Assembly: GCF_010672205.1 (NCBI RefSeq) | Contig: NZ_JAAHHD010000019.1 | Span: 1-31,962, forward strand | Reading direction: 5' to 3' | Origin: Moorena sp. SIO3A5 | Lineage (GTDB): Bacteria > Cyanobacteriota > Cyanobacteriia > Cyanobacteriales > Coleofasciculaceae | DNA length: 31,962 nt | Part shown: positions 8,703 through 17,067 of the stretch, piece by piece | Layout: every line of letters starts with the position of its first letter | Position numbering within the stretch: position 1 is the first letter of the stretch | Made by a program: the position numbers and the translations under genes | Notes under the pieces: model-generated | The model's input: only the letters and a program-made list of their open reading frames with translations | What the model was told of the DNA's origin: nothing | Databases searched by the model: none

Positions 8703-9197
8703 ATGAAAATTGCCGAAAGCCTCGACATGAAAGGTAGGTTAACTATCCAAAAATATAATTCTCAAGCTCAGCTGGTGGATGAAGTTAAAGCTGACAACTC
8801 GATTGTTTATACAGGGCGGGAATTAGTGGCTAAGTTATTTACTAATCAAAAAATTGATCCGATCCGCTACATCGCAGTAGGTACTGGCAACACCGCTGTT
8901 AAGCCAGCTAATGATACCCAACTGGGACAGGAGGTGTTTCGTAAACAAATTAAAAATTTTGACCCCTCCAAAGATTTAATAGAGACTGGAGAAGATGACG
9001 GTAAAAAATGTCAAATTCGGTTATCTGTAGACCTAGATTTTGGAGAACCAAAAAGTCAGCCAGTTGCTTTAACTGAGGCAGGTTTGTTCAATAGCCTAGA
9101 AAAAGGAAAGGGAATCATGTATAATAGAGTAACCTTTCCTCCAATTACCAAGAGCGAAAATTTTAAGTTAACTCTCGTCTGGGAAATTTTGTTTTAG
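8703..9197 (+). CDS. Tail-fibre N-terminal (baseplate-attachment) domain protein, P2 gpH N-terminus-like, 164 aa
   Basis: The stretch IVYTGRELVAKLF...IRYIAVGTGNTAVKPANDTQLGQEVFRKQI...VALTEAGLF parallels the P2 gpH N-terminus (ITTAGAAKLAAA...VGITTMAVGDGGGKLPVPDAGQTGLIHEVWRHAL...RELGLYD). Its position after the I-like gene supports the call. Confidence 0.55.
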   Translation: MKIAESLDMKGRLTIQKYNSQAQLVDEVKADNSIVYTGRELVAKLFTNQKIDPIRYIAVGTGNTAVKPANDTQLGQEVFRKQIKNFDPSKDLIETGEDDGKKCQIRLSVDLDFGEPKSQPVALTEAGLFNSLEKGKGIMYNRVTFPPITKSENFKLTLVWEILF

Positions 9198-9210
9198 GGA
9201 TTGGCTAACG

Positions 9211-9747
9211 ATGGTTCAAGAGTTCACTGCAACCAAAAAAAAGCAAGGGGATTTGATTTGTTCAGCTGACTGGAATGCAGCCATGGACGAAGTCACCCGT
9301 TTAGGGAAATCAAAACTAGACAAAGAAAGTTTCAGAGGACCACTGACAATTCAGGAATCCTTAACTGTGAATGGAACCCTGAAATTAGAAAAGGGGGTGG
9401 CAGTGGCTCAATTCTCCAGTACCCTAAATGGCACAAGCAATTCCGTGCCGACTGAGAGTGCCGTAAAAACCTACGTCGATAGTAAACTCAACAGCCTAAA
9501 AGGAAGCGACAGCCTGAAGTTGACTGCAAAGAGCCTGACAGTTAGTGACGCTCTGACAGTAAACGGAGATTTAACGGTCTCCAGTAAAGGAAAACTTTCT
9601 TTTGAAAAAGGTACAACAGTAGATGGATTTGTTACCAGTATCAACCCAAACGGAAAATCTAACTCTACTGTAGTACCAACTGAACAAGCAGTGATAGCTT
9701 ATGTCGAAAGTAAACTAAAGGAGCTAGGTTTCCTAGATTCACAGTAA
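9211..9747 (+). CDS. Tail-fibre shaft module with phage tail-fibre repeats, 178 aa
   Basis: It contains repeated S/T-rich ...VPTExAVxxYVxSKL motifs (NSVPTESAVKTYVDSKL; TVVPTEQAVIAYVESKL). The N-terminus (DWNAAMDEVTRLGKSKL) is paralogous to the N-terminus of ORF 10060. Confidence 0.55.
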   Translation: MVQEFTATKKKQGDLICSADWNAAMDEVTRLGKSKLDKESFRGPLTIQESLTVNGTLKLEKGVAVAQFSSTLNGTSNSVPTESAVKTYVDSKLNSLKGSDSLKLTAKSLTVSDALTVNGDLTVSSKGKLSFEKGTTVDGFVTSINPNGKSNSTVVPTEQAVIAYVESKLKELGFLDSQ

Positions 9748-10052
9748 TAGGTAATGGGTGATGGGTAATGGGTAATAGGTAATGGGTAATGGGTAATGGG
9801 TAATGGGTAATGGGTGATGGGTGATGGGTAATAGGTAATAGGGGGAGCATGTCACTTATGCCTAATATTTGTACATTATCTATAGCCCCCGGGTAAAAGC
9901 CAAGCTCATATTCCCGATTCTCAATTCTCAATTCTCAATTCTCAATTCCCAATTCCCAATTCCCAATTCTCAATTCCCAATTCCCAATTCTCAATTCTCA
10001 ATTCTCAATTCTCAATTCCCGATTCCCGATTCCCGATTCCCGATTCCCGATT
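9748..10052. repeat. Heptamer arrays (GGTAATG; CAATTCT/CAATTCC/CGATTCC) with a truncated family-A MITE end at 9841..9911
   Basis: Direct reading. ORFs 9665..9931 and 9869..10054 are artefacts. Confidence 0.85.
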
Positions 10053-10059
10053 AAAATCC

Positions 10060-11346
10060 ATGACCACAGGATTTAACCCAACACCCAAACAACCAGGCGA
10101 TCCATTCTACGCCAAAGATTGGAATGAGGCGATCGCAGAAATTGCTCGTTTAGAAAAAACCAAACTAAATCAAGAAGCCGATGGTAGCATCAAAGGTCCA
10201 CTAACGATTGAAGAAGCCCTAAAAACTAGTGAAACTACTCCCCCGACACTCCAAATTAACGGCCCATTGAAATTACAATCGGACGTGACAGTCAGGGAGT
10301 TTTCCAGTGATGGAACTCTTGCAGATAACAGCAATACTGCTGTACCAACTGAAAAGGCGGTAACAACCTATGTCACCAGTGCCGTGGACAAGTTCCAGAA
10401 AAGCCGAGACAACTATGCTCAGGTGACAAGCCAAGGTGGCACGGTGAAAAATTTACACCTCAAGGGGAATCTCCAACTGCCACAGGGGTGTAAAGTACAA
10501 CAGTTTGCTGATACTATAGACACCAGCAGAAAGTCTACCCTAGTGGTGCCAACTGCACAGGCGGTGATTAAGTATGTCAATACTACTCTAGAAAAATATA
10601 GTTTTAGTTTAGAGAAAATTAAATTAGCTGATGGTGTATTTTTGGAATTGGTACAGCTCAAGGCTGGTAAATTCATGATGGGTTCGCCCGGAGATGAGTC
10701 TGGTAGAGATAGTGACGAAGGCCCCCAGCATCAGGTAACTGTACCAGGGTTCTGGATGGGGAAGTATCAAGTAACCCAGCAGCAGTGGCAAGCCGTTGCT
10801 GGTTATGAACAAGTCAAAACAGGGATTAGCACTAACCCCTCTAACTTTAAAGGCCAGTCTCGACCAGTTGAGAGGGTAACCTGGCATGAAGCCAAAGAAT
10901 TTTGTGCGCGACTCAATCAAAAATTTAAGGGTCAACTCCAGGGTCGAAAATTCCGTTTGCCCAGTGAGGCGGAATGGGAATATGCCTGTCGAGCAGGTAC
11001 GACAACTAGATATTACTTTGGTGACAATAGCTCACAACTGGGAGACTATGCTTGGTACGATGGTAATTCTGGTAGCAAAACTCATCCAGTAGGACAAAAA
11101 AAACCGAATAAATGGAAATTGTATGATATGATGGGTAATGTATGGGAATGGTGTGAAGATACCAGGCATGGCAACTATGATCATGCCCCAGTAGACGGCA
11201 GTGCCTGGTTTGATAATGATAATGATAATCGGCTGCTGCGCGGTGGCTCTTGGCACCACAATTCGAGGGGCTGCCGCTGTGCCGATCGCAACTACTCGCC
11301 GGACCCCAGGTACAGCTCCTACGGTTTCCGGGTAGTTTGTTCCTAG
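10060..11346 (+). CDS. Tail-fibre protein with C-terminal FGE-sulfatase (C-type lectin fold) domain, the DGR variable protein, 428 aa
   Basis: The N-terminal third carries tail-fibre repeats ([18 protein letters not shown]; [18 protein letters not shown]). The C-terminal part has hallmark FGE-sulfatase motifs ([10 protein letters not shown]...[15 protein letters not shown]...[16 protein letters not shown]...[13 protein letters not shown]...LRGGSW). The last roughly 40 codons are the VR. Confidence 0.85.
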   Translation: MTTGFNPTPKQPGDPFYAKDWNEAIAEIARLEKTKLNQEADGSIKGPLTIEEALKTSETTPPTLQINGPLKLQSDVTVREFSSDGTLADNSNTAVPTEKAVTTYVTSAVDKFQKSRDNYAQVTSQGGTVKNLHLKGNLQLPQGCKVQQFADTIDTSRKSTLVVPTAQAVIKYVNTTLEKYSFSLEKIKLADGVFLELVQLKAGKFMMGSPGDESGRDSDEGPQHQVTVPGFWMGKYQVTQQQWQAVAGYEQVKTGISTNPSNFKGQSRPVERVTWHEAKEFCARLNQKFKGQLQGRKFRLPSEAEWEYACRAGTTTRYYFGDNSSQLGDYAWYDGNSGSKTHPVGQKKPNKWKLYDMMGNVWEWCEDTRHGNYDHAPVDGSAWFDNDNDNRLLRGGSWHHNSRGCRCADRNYSPDPRYSSYGFRVVCS

Positions 11347-11351
11347 GCGTG
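11229..11351 (+). other. DGR variable repeat (VR), 123 bp, spanning the stop codon
   Basis: It aligns with the TR at 12864..12989. There are 13 substitutions, every one at a TR adenine, plus a single 3-nt (AAC) length difference. Both repeats end in the shared block TTCCTAGGCGTG, which I take as a candidate IMH. Confidence 0.9.
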
Positions 11352-11413
11352 GACTCTTCTTTGCTCTTTCGCCCTTTTGCCCTCTACCCTTTTATTTATT
11401 TTATTTTACCCTT

Positions 11414-11437
11414 TTCCGCCTGCGGCGGAATTTTTTT
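11414..11437 (+). terminator. GC hairpin TTCCGCC-tgc-GGCGGAA followed by T7
   Basis: It is a perfect 7-bp stem followed by TTTTTTT, 63 nt downstream of the VR end. It fits both a rho-independent terminator and the stem-loop usually found 3' of DGR VRs. Confidence 0.6.
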
Positions 11438-11443
11438 CTGGAA

Positions 11444-11791
11444 ATGAGTGATTTACCAATTATCCAAAGAACCTACGAGCTGATTAAGTGGTATGTTCCC
11501 ATTCTAAACCGGTTGCCAAGAGACCATAAGTTCATCCTAGGAGATAGAATCATTTCAGGACTCTATGACCTACTCGACAATCTGATTGTAGCACGGTATG
11601 CCCAGGAAAAACTGACAATTTTAAAAAATCTTAACAGTAGACTAGACATCCTGCGCCACCAAACCCGACTCCTGCTGGACTTCAAGCTGATTAAAACTGA
11701 GCGCTACGAGTACGCCAGTAAATTGCTCAACGAAATTGGCAAAGAGTTGGGAGGCTGGATTAAACAACAACAAAGACAAGCAAAAAAATGA
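11444..11791 (+). CDS. avd: DGR accessory variability determinant (Avd), 115 aa
   Basis: The sequence [30 protein letters not shown]...[12 protein letters not shown] matches the bAvd pattern. The stop overlaps the RT start codon (ATGA). Confidence 0.85.
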   Translation: MSDLPIIQRTYELIKWYVPILNRLPRDHKFILGDRIISGLYDLLDNLIVARYAQEKLTILKNLNSRLDILRHQTRLLLDFKLIKTERYEYASKLLNEIGKELGGWIKQQQRQAKK

Positions 11792-12846
11792 AACGCTACG
11801 GCAATCTTTGGCACCAAGTGACGGAATTTAGCAACTTACTAGCGGCTGCCCGTCAAGCCCAGAAAGGTAAACGGTTTCGTCCTGATGTGCTCGAATTCAA
11901 TTATAACCTAGAACAACAACTGAGTCAATTACAAGCGGAACTAATCTCCCAAACCTACCACCCTGGTGCCTATAAAACCTTTGAAATCAAGGAACCCAAA
12001 CCTCGCTTTATCTCAGCTGCTCCCTACCGCGACCGAGTCGTTCACCATGCTCTGTGCAACATCATTGTTCCCATTTTCGAGCGCAGTTTCATCGGTGACT
12101 CCTACGCTAACCGGGTCGGTTTTGGTACCCACCGTGCCCTCCGCCGTTTTACCAAATTTGCCCGCTCTAGTAACTATATTCTTCAGTGCGACATTCGCAA
12201 ATACTTTCCCAGTATAGACCATACCATCCTCAAATCCTTGCTCCGTCGCCAGCTCAAATGTCGGGAAACCCTCTGGTTACTTGACACCATTATTGACAAT
12301 AGCAACAAACAAGAACTCATCATTGACTATTTCCCCGGTGACGATTTACTTTCCCCCCTCAACAGGCGACGAGGCTTACCCATTGGCAACCTCACCAGTC
12401 AGTTGTTTGCTAACGTCTATCTCAACGGCTTCGACCACTTTCTCAAAGAACAAGTCAAAGCAACTAAATATATCCGCTATGTGGATGATTTTGCCCTATT
12501 TGCTGATAATCGCACCTTTTTAGCATCAGCCAAACTAGCGATAGAAGACTATCTTGCCAACCTCAGGCTCAAACTTCATCCCATCAAAACTCAGCTATTT
12601 GCCACCAAACAGGGAGCGAATTTTCTCGGCTTCCACATTTTGCCAGATTGCCTCCGCGTCCGTACTGAAAATCTGCGCAGGGCAAGACGCAGGCTGCGAC
12701 GTATGTTGGTAGAATACAAACAAGGTAAAATCACGCGCCAGGAAGTATCCCAATCATTGCAAAGCTGGTTTGCCCATCTAGAACATGGTGATACTTGGCA
12801 GTTGCGCCAACAGATATTTAGTTCTCTCCCTTGGGTGAGAAGCTAG
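11788..12846 (+). CDS. DGR reverse transcriptase, 352 aa
   Basis: RT motifs are present: [17 protein letters not shown]; the DGR-typical [16 protein letters not shown] (I/LGxxxSQ); and [12 protein letters not shown] (YxDD). The gene lies between the avd gene and the TR. Confidence 0.93.
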   Translation: MKRYGNLWHQVTEFSNLLAAARQAQKGKRFRPDVLEFNYNLEQQLSQLQAELISQTYHPGAYKTFEIKEPKPRFISAAPYRDRVVHHALCNIIVPIFERSFIGDSYANRVGFGTHRALRRFTKFARSSNYILQCDIRKYFPSIDHTILKSLLRRQLKCRETLWLLDTIIDNSNKQELIIDYFPGDDLLSPLNRRRGLPIGNLTSQLFANVYLNGFDHFLKEQVKATKYIRYVDDFALFADNRTFLASAKLAIEDYLANLRLKLHPIKTQLFATKQGANFLGFHILPDCLRVRTENLRRARRRLRRMLVEYKQGKITRQEVSQSLQSWFAHLEHGDTWQLRQQIFSSLPWVRS

Positions 12847-12863
12847 AGAAGGGACAGGCACTT

Positions 12864-12989
12864 TCGGCTGCTGCGCGGTGGCTCTTGGAACAACAATTCG
12901 AGGAACTGCCGCTGTGCCAATCGCAACAACAACTCGCCGGACAACAGGAACAACAACAACGGTTTCCGGGTAGTTTGTTCCTAGGCGTG
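12864..12989 (+). other. DGR template repeat (TR), 126 bp, AAC-rich
   Basis: It lies 18 nt downstream of the RT stop and is identical to the VR except at adenines, apart from one extra AAC. ORF 12831..13034 is an artefact of the TR. Confidence 0.9.
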
Positions 12990-13218
12990 CGCTCTTGGTG
13001 TGCCAGAACTTGTGGATGGAAATTCACAGGGTGAGCCATCTCCAAGAGTCCAGACCTGTTCCTGGGAGATCGGTGACGGTCTTGCGAAAATCAAACTAGG
13101 TCTGGTAGCTTGGTAGGCTCTCAATCCGAAGAGTTGCCCGACCTTCTACTAGTTGACAATAGGTAATGGGTAATGGGTAATGGGTAATAGGGAATGGGGA
13201 ATGGGGAATGGGTAATAG

Positions 13219-13284
13219 AGATCTTGTAGGGTGGGCAAATGGACATGATTGCTGAGGAAATTGCCAAACTCTGATTATTTGCCC
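13219..13284. repeat. Hairpin repeat, family D, copy 2
   Basis: GTAGGGTGGGCAAAT...ATTTGCCCACCCTAG with a 13-bp stem. Confidence 0.7.
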
Positions 13285-13343
13285 ACCCTAGCCTAGGGAA
13301 TGCGATCGCCTTGGTATACTTAAGGACAAATCAGGAAAAAACA

Positions 13344-13616
13344 GTGAACTCTATCCCGTTAAAACAATTTAAGACTAACATCCAAGACTTGATCAAAAAA
13401 GTCATTACTCAGCATATTGCCCTCAAAATTACCGATCCCAATCAGGGAGACTTTATTATTATTAGTGCCGAAGATTGGGAACAACAACAAGAAACCTTGT
13501 ATGTTTTACAAAATACCAATTTAATGGAACAGATTAACTGTTCTCAAGCTACCCATTCCCAAAATAAAGGCTACTCTCCCAATCAGCAAGAACTAGATGA
13601 GATCCTTAGTATTTGA
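13344..13616 (+). CDS. Phd/YefM-family type II antitoxin, about 90 aa
   Basis: The block DFIIISAEDWEQQQETLYVLQN matches the YefM core (V.I.s.edyesl.ETlyll). The start is taken at a GTG that follows AGGAAAAAACA, and the TTG at 13311 in the ORF track is less likely. No toxin ORF lies downstream. Confidence 0.65.
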   Translation: MNSIPLKQFKTNIQDLIKKVITQHIALKITDPNQGDFIIISAEDWEQQQETLYVLQNTNLMEQINCSQATHSQNKGYSPNQQELDEILSI

Positions 13617-13660
13617 GGGCAAAACTTGGGAAATTTACGAAGACCTTAGGCAAAAAGACT

Positions 13661-13812
13661 AATGGGTAATGGGTAATGGGTAATGGGTAATAGGTAATAG
13701 GTAATAGGTAATAGGTAATAGGTAATAGGTAATAGGTAATAGGTAATAGGTAATAGGTAATAGGTAATAGGTAATAGGTAATAGGTAATAGGTAATAGGT
13801 AATAGGTAATAG
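13661..13812. repeat. Heptamer array GGTAATG/GGTAATA
   Basis: Direct reading. It is followed by a family-B copy at 13821..13906 and a family-D hairpin at 13944..14012. Confidence 0.9.
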
Positions 13813-14133
13813 AGAATTTAGTGCGTAGGGTGCGTTAGGGGCGGGCTTGCCCTAATTTTCAACACCGAGCGCCAATGTTGGGATAGCCCGCACCGTAACG
13901 CACCGCCAAGTAGAATTAAGTAATGGGTAATAGCAAGTATTTTGGAGGGTGGGCATTGCCGGTTTCCCACCCCAAATCCTGCCGGAATTCACCTGAGCAA
14001 TGCCCACCCTACTTACTAGAGGCGGTTGTTAGTCAAATCAGACAGAATCAGACCTCAAAAACTGCTGCCTAACTCCCATAACCTATTACCTATTACCCAC
14101 TACCTATTACCTAACTATGGTATGCTTGTTGTA

Positions 14134-14961
14134 TCAGGGATCCGTTGACTGCTGAACCACCTGTGTAACTTGTTCAACCTCTAATTCTAAAGCTTGGGCA
14201 ACTTGTTCTACGGTTAACCCCAACGCTAACAACCGAGGTATAGACTTTAATTTGCCTTGAATTTCACCTTCTTGTATGCCTTCTTGTATGCCTTCAAGTC
14301 TGCCTTCTGCTTTTGCCTCCTGATAAACTTTGGTTTGCCGTAAATCACTTAAGCTAAACATGGCTTCGATCTCCCTACGACTGAGTAGTGGTAACTTATA
14401 CACCAGTATGGTCTCTATTAATTGTAGAAGTTCTCGCTTTTGTCGTTCATTGTCTACCTCCTCAGTGGTTCGTTGAATCAAGTCTTGAGCAAGTGCGATG
14501 GCAGTATCTTCCTCGGTTACAATTAGCTGTACTGTAGCGATACCCACCGATGGTGCAGGGGTCTCGGCTAATTCATCGAGATAAATCCGAGATACCCTTG
14601 GAGAATCGAGTAATTCAAGATATTGTTGAGTTGCTCCTTTATCCACATTGCGGCTCGGGTAAATCACCACACCACGCCAATCATTGCTGATTTTGTTTTT
14701 GTTTAAGTATATGAAAATTTCGGTAAAAAAGCGGGAGTAAAATTCAGAGTCCCTCTGAAATTGGACTTCTACAAAATAAATCGGTGATTGGGCTGTGGTA
14801 GTTGTCGGCAGGAATACTCCATCAATTCTAAAAGCTAGTTGTTTAACTTCCACAGAGGCGAATTGATAAGCTTGTGCTTCTGTAGGGGAATGGTTAATTA
14901 ATTCAAAGAAGATGCTGGGAAACGATTGGAACAGGCGATAGAATATGGTGTCGGTTTTCAC
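14134..14961 (-). CDS. Rpn-family recombination-promoting nuclease / putative transposase (PD-(D/E)XK N-domain plus DUF4351-like C-terminus), 275 aa
   Basis: The N-terminus MKTDTIFYRLFQSFPSIFFELI...FVEVQFQRD is typical of this cyanobacterial family. The C-terminus has G(I/L)QEG repeats. Confidence 0.65.
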   Translation of the reverse strand: MKTDTIFYRLFQSFPSIFFELINHSPTEAQAYQFASVEVKQLAFRIDGVFLPTTTTAQSPIYFVEVQFQRDSEFYSRFFTEIFIYLNKNKISNDWRGVVIYPSRNVDKGATQQYLELLDSPRVSRIYLDELAETPAPSVGIATVQLIVTEEDTAIALAQDLIQRTTEEVDNERQKRELLQLIETILVYKLPLLSRREIEAMFSLSDLRQTKVYQEAKAEGRLEGIQEGIQEGEIQGKLKSIPRLLALGLTVEQVAQALELEVEQVTQVVQQSTDP

Positions 14962-15048
14962 ATTAATGTCATTATTTAACTATACCTATAGTAATGGTAA
15001 TGGGTAACCCGCCATTACCTATTACCCATTACCTATTACCTAAATATA

Positions 15049-15560
15049 TCAACTATCAGAAGACTGCTGGATCACCTTTGTAACTTGTTCAACCTCTAAT
15101 TCTAAAGCTTGGGCAACTTGTTCTACGGTTAACCCCAAAGCTAACAACCGAGGTATAGACTCTAATTTGCCTTGAATTTTACCTTCAAGTCTACCTGCTT
15201 GTATACCTTCAAGTCTCCCTTCTTGTATACCTTCAAGTTTACCTGCTTGTATGCCTTCGGCTAAAGCCTCCTGATAAACTTTGGTTTGCCGTAAATCACT
15301 TAAGCTAAACATGGCTTCGATCTCCCTACGACTGAGTAGTGGTAACTTATACACCAGTATGGTCTCTATTAATTGTAGAAGTTCTCGCTTTTGTCGTTCA
15401 TTGTCTACCTCCTCAGTGGTTCGTTGAATCAAGTCTTGAGCAAGTGAGATTGCAGAATCTTCCTCGGTTACAATTAGCTGTACTGTAGCTATACCTACTG
15501 ATGGTGCAGGGGTCTCGGCTAATTCATCGAGATAAATCCGAGATACCCTTGGAGATAGGT
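15049..15560 (-). pseudogene. Truncated tandem paralogue of the Rpn-family nuclease (C-terminal ~170 aa only)
   Basis: The stretch SPRVSRIYLDELAETPAPSVGIATVQLIVTEED...LRQTKVYQEA is about 90% identical to residues 118-275 of ORF 14134..14961. The N-terminal nuclease domain is replaced by the heptamer array at 15548..15730. Confidence 0.65.
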
Positions 15561-15730
15561 AATAGGTAATAGGTAATAGGTAATAGGTAATAGGTAATGG
15601 GGAATAGGTAATAGGTAATAGGTAATAGGTAATAGGTAATAGGTAATAGGTAATGGGTAATAGGTAATAGGTAATGGGGAATAGGTAATAGGTAATGGGT
15701 AATAGGTAATGGGGAATGGGGAATACAAGA
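15548..15730. repeat. Heptamer array GGTAATA/GGTAATG/GGGAATA inside the former Rpn paralogue
   Basis: Direct reading. ORF 15519..15728 is an artefact. Confidence 0.9.
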
Positions 15731-16072
15731 TTTCTTTCCGAAGCTCTGAAGCTGCCCTGCTTTTTTGAGATCAACGGACAGCTAACCCGGATTTGGGTAC
15801 ACAAGCGATCGCGTAGCGTGACCGTAGGTCAATCGCACAAGCGCGGAAACTTCGCGTGACTCGCTTAGCGTGACCAAAGGTCAATCGCTTCGATAAACCT
15901 TTGAGTAGCCTATTGCCTCTCAATACTACTCAATAGTAGAATCGGCAAGGGCTTAAGCTGGGGCTTGCTGCAAGGTCAAAAAATTTTACAATGCCTATAT
16001 TACAAGCATCCCAGCCTCTTTAATAAAATTCCCTAGCAGCACTGCCAACCTGCCGAATGTGGGAAATAAACG

Positions 16073-16243
16073 TCTTACCCATTACCTATTACCTATTACC
16101 TATTACCCATTCCCCACTACCTATTACCTATTACCTATTACCCACTACCTATTACCCACTACCTATTACCTATTACCCATTACCTATAACCCATTACCCA
16201 TTCCCTATTACCTATTACCTATTACCCATAATCTATTACCTAA
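16073..16243. repeat. Heptamer array CCATTAC/CTATTAC/CCACTAC
   Basis: Direct reading. The ORFs 16057..16305 and 16059..16253 are artefacts. A run of nine A residues precedes the ATG at 16250. Confidence 0.9.
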
Positions 16244-16249
16244 AAAAAA

Positions 16250-16834
16250 ATGATTCAAAACTTACTATCCCAAATCAGCCAGCAGCTTCAGAAAGAACTA
16301 ACTGACGACATCTCCCAAGGTCAAATAGAAATTGTTGTTGCCCCCATTACCGAATCACCAACAAAATTACCACACATCAGCATCTATCCTGGTAAATGGG
16401 AAATTGCCTCAACATTTAGAGCAACCCATCCACAACAGTTACATCCGGAGCAACAAAACCCCACCATAATTACTACATCCAGGGAATTTAAACAAGAGTT
16501 TTTCATCGATATCTGTGACGCTGACCTAACTAACTTAGAAAAATTAGCTTCCTTAGCTACAGGTATTATTTTAACTAACTACAAAGAAATCATCGAAACT
16601 TATAATTTATCAACGGCTAACAATTATCAAGCCCAACAAACAGCTACAACTCACACGATTAGCCAAATTACTATCCTTGAAGGTAGCTATGATTATCTTA
16701 ATAATACCCCTAAACTTAAACTAAAATGGCAAGTTATAGGTCAAGTCAACTTTAGCAAAACTATCACAGAAATTGGGCGTCCGATTGAGGAAATTGAAAT
16801 TAATCAAAGTGTAAGCAGTCAGCGGTCAGCTTAA
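16250..16834 (+). CDS. Hypothetical protein, 194 aa; possibly DUF4255-like (eCIS Afp16/Pvc16 N-domain)
   Basis: It is a clean ORF bracketed by heptamer arrays. The N-terminus MIQNLLSQISQQLQKEL...IEIVVAPITESPTKLPHISIYPGKWEI loosely recalls the DUF4255 N-terminal pattern, but this is from memory only. Confidence 0.35.
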   Translation: MIQNLLSQISQQLQKELTDDISQGQIEIVVAPITESPTKLPHISIYPGKWEIASTFRATHPQQLHPEQQNPTIITTSREFKQEFFIDICDADLTNLEKLASLATGIILTNYKEIIETYNLSTANNYQAQQTATTHTISQITILEGSYDYLNNTPKLKLKWQVIGQVNFSKTITEIGRPIEEIEINQSVSSQRSA

Positions 16835-17067
16835 AACAAGGTAATGGGTAATAGGTAATGGGTAATAGGTAATGAGTAATGGGTAATAGGTAATGGGTAA
16901 TGAGTAATGGGTAATGGGTAATAGGGAATCGGGAAAAAATTCTGTGTACCTAATAGTTATGAAAAGCGCTGATAGCTGATAGCACCTCAAGTAGCACCTC
17001 AAGTACCGCATTAGCTGATAGCTGATCTAGCAATCCGTGTAGGAATTGTGAGAATTATTGTTCCCTA

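Noticed and set aside
11250-11447. 65-aa ORF overlapping the VR and downstream hairpin
   Set aside because: It is an alternative frame of the VR and the T-rich intergenic region, with no support.
12831-13034. 67-aa ORF rich in Q/L
   Set aside because: It is simply a frame through the DGR template repeat. The TR is a non-coding template by definition.
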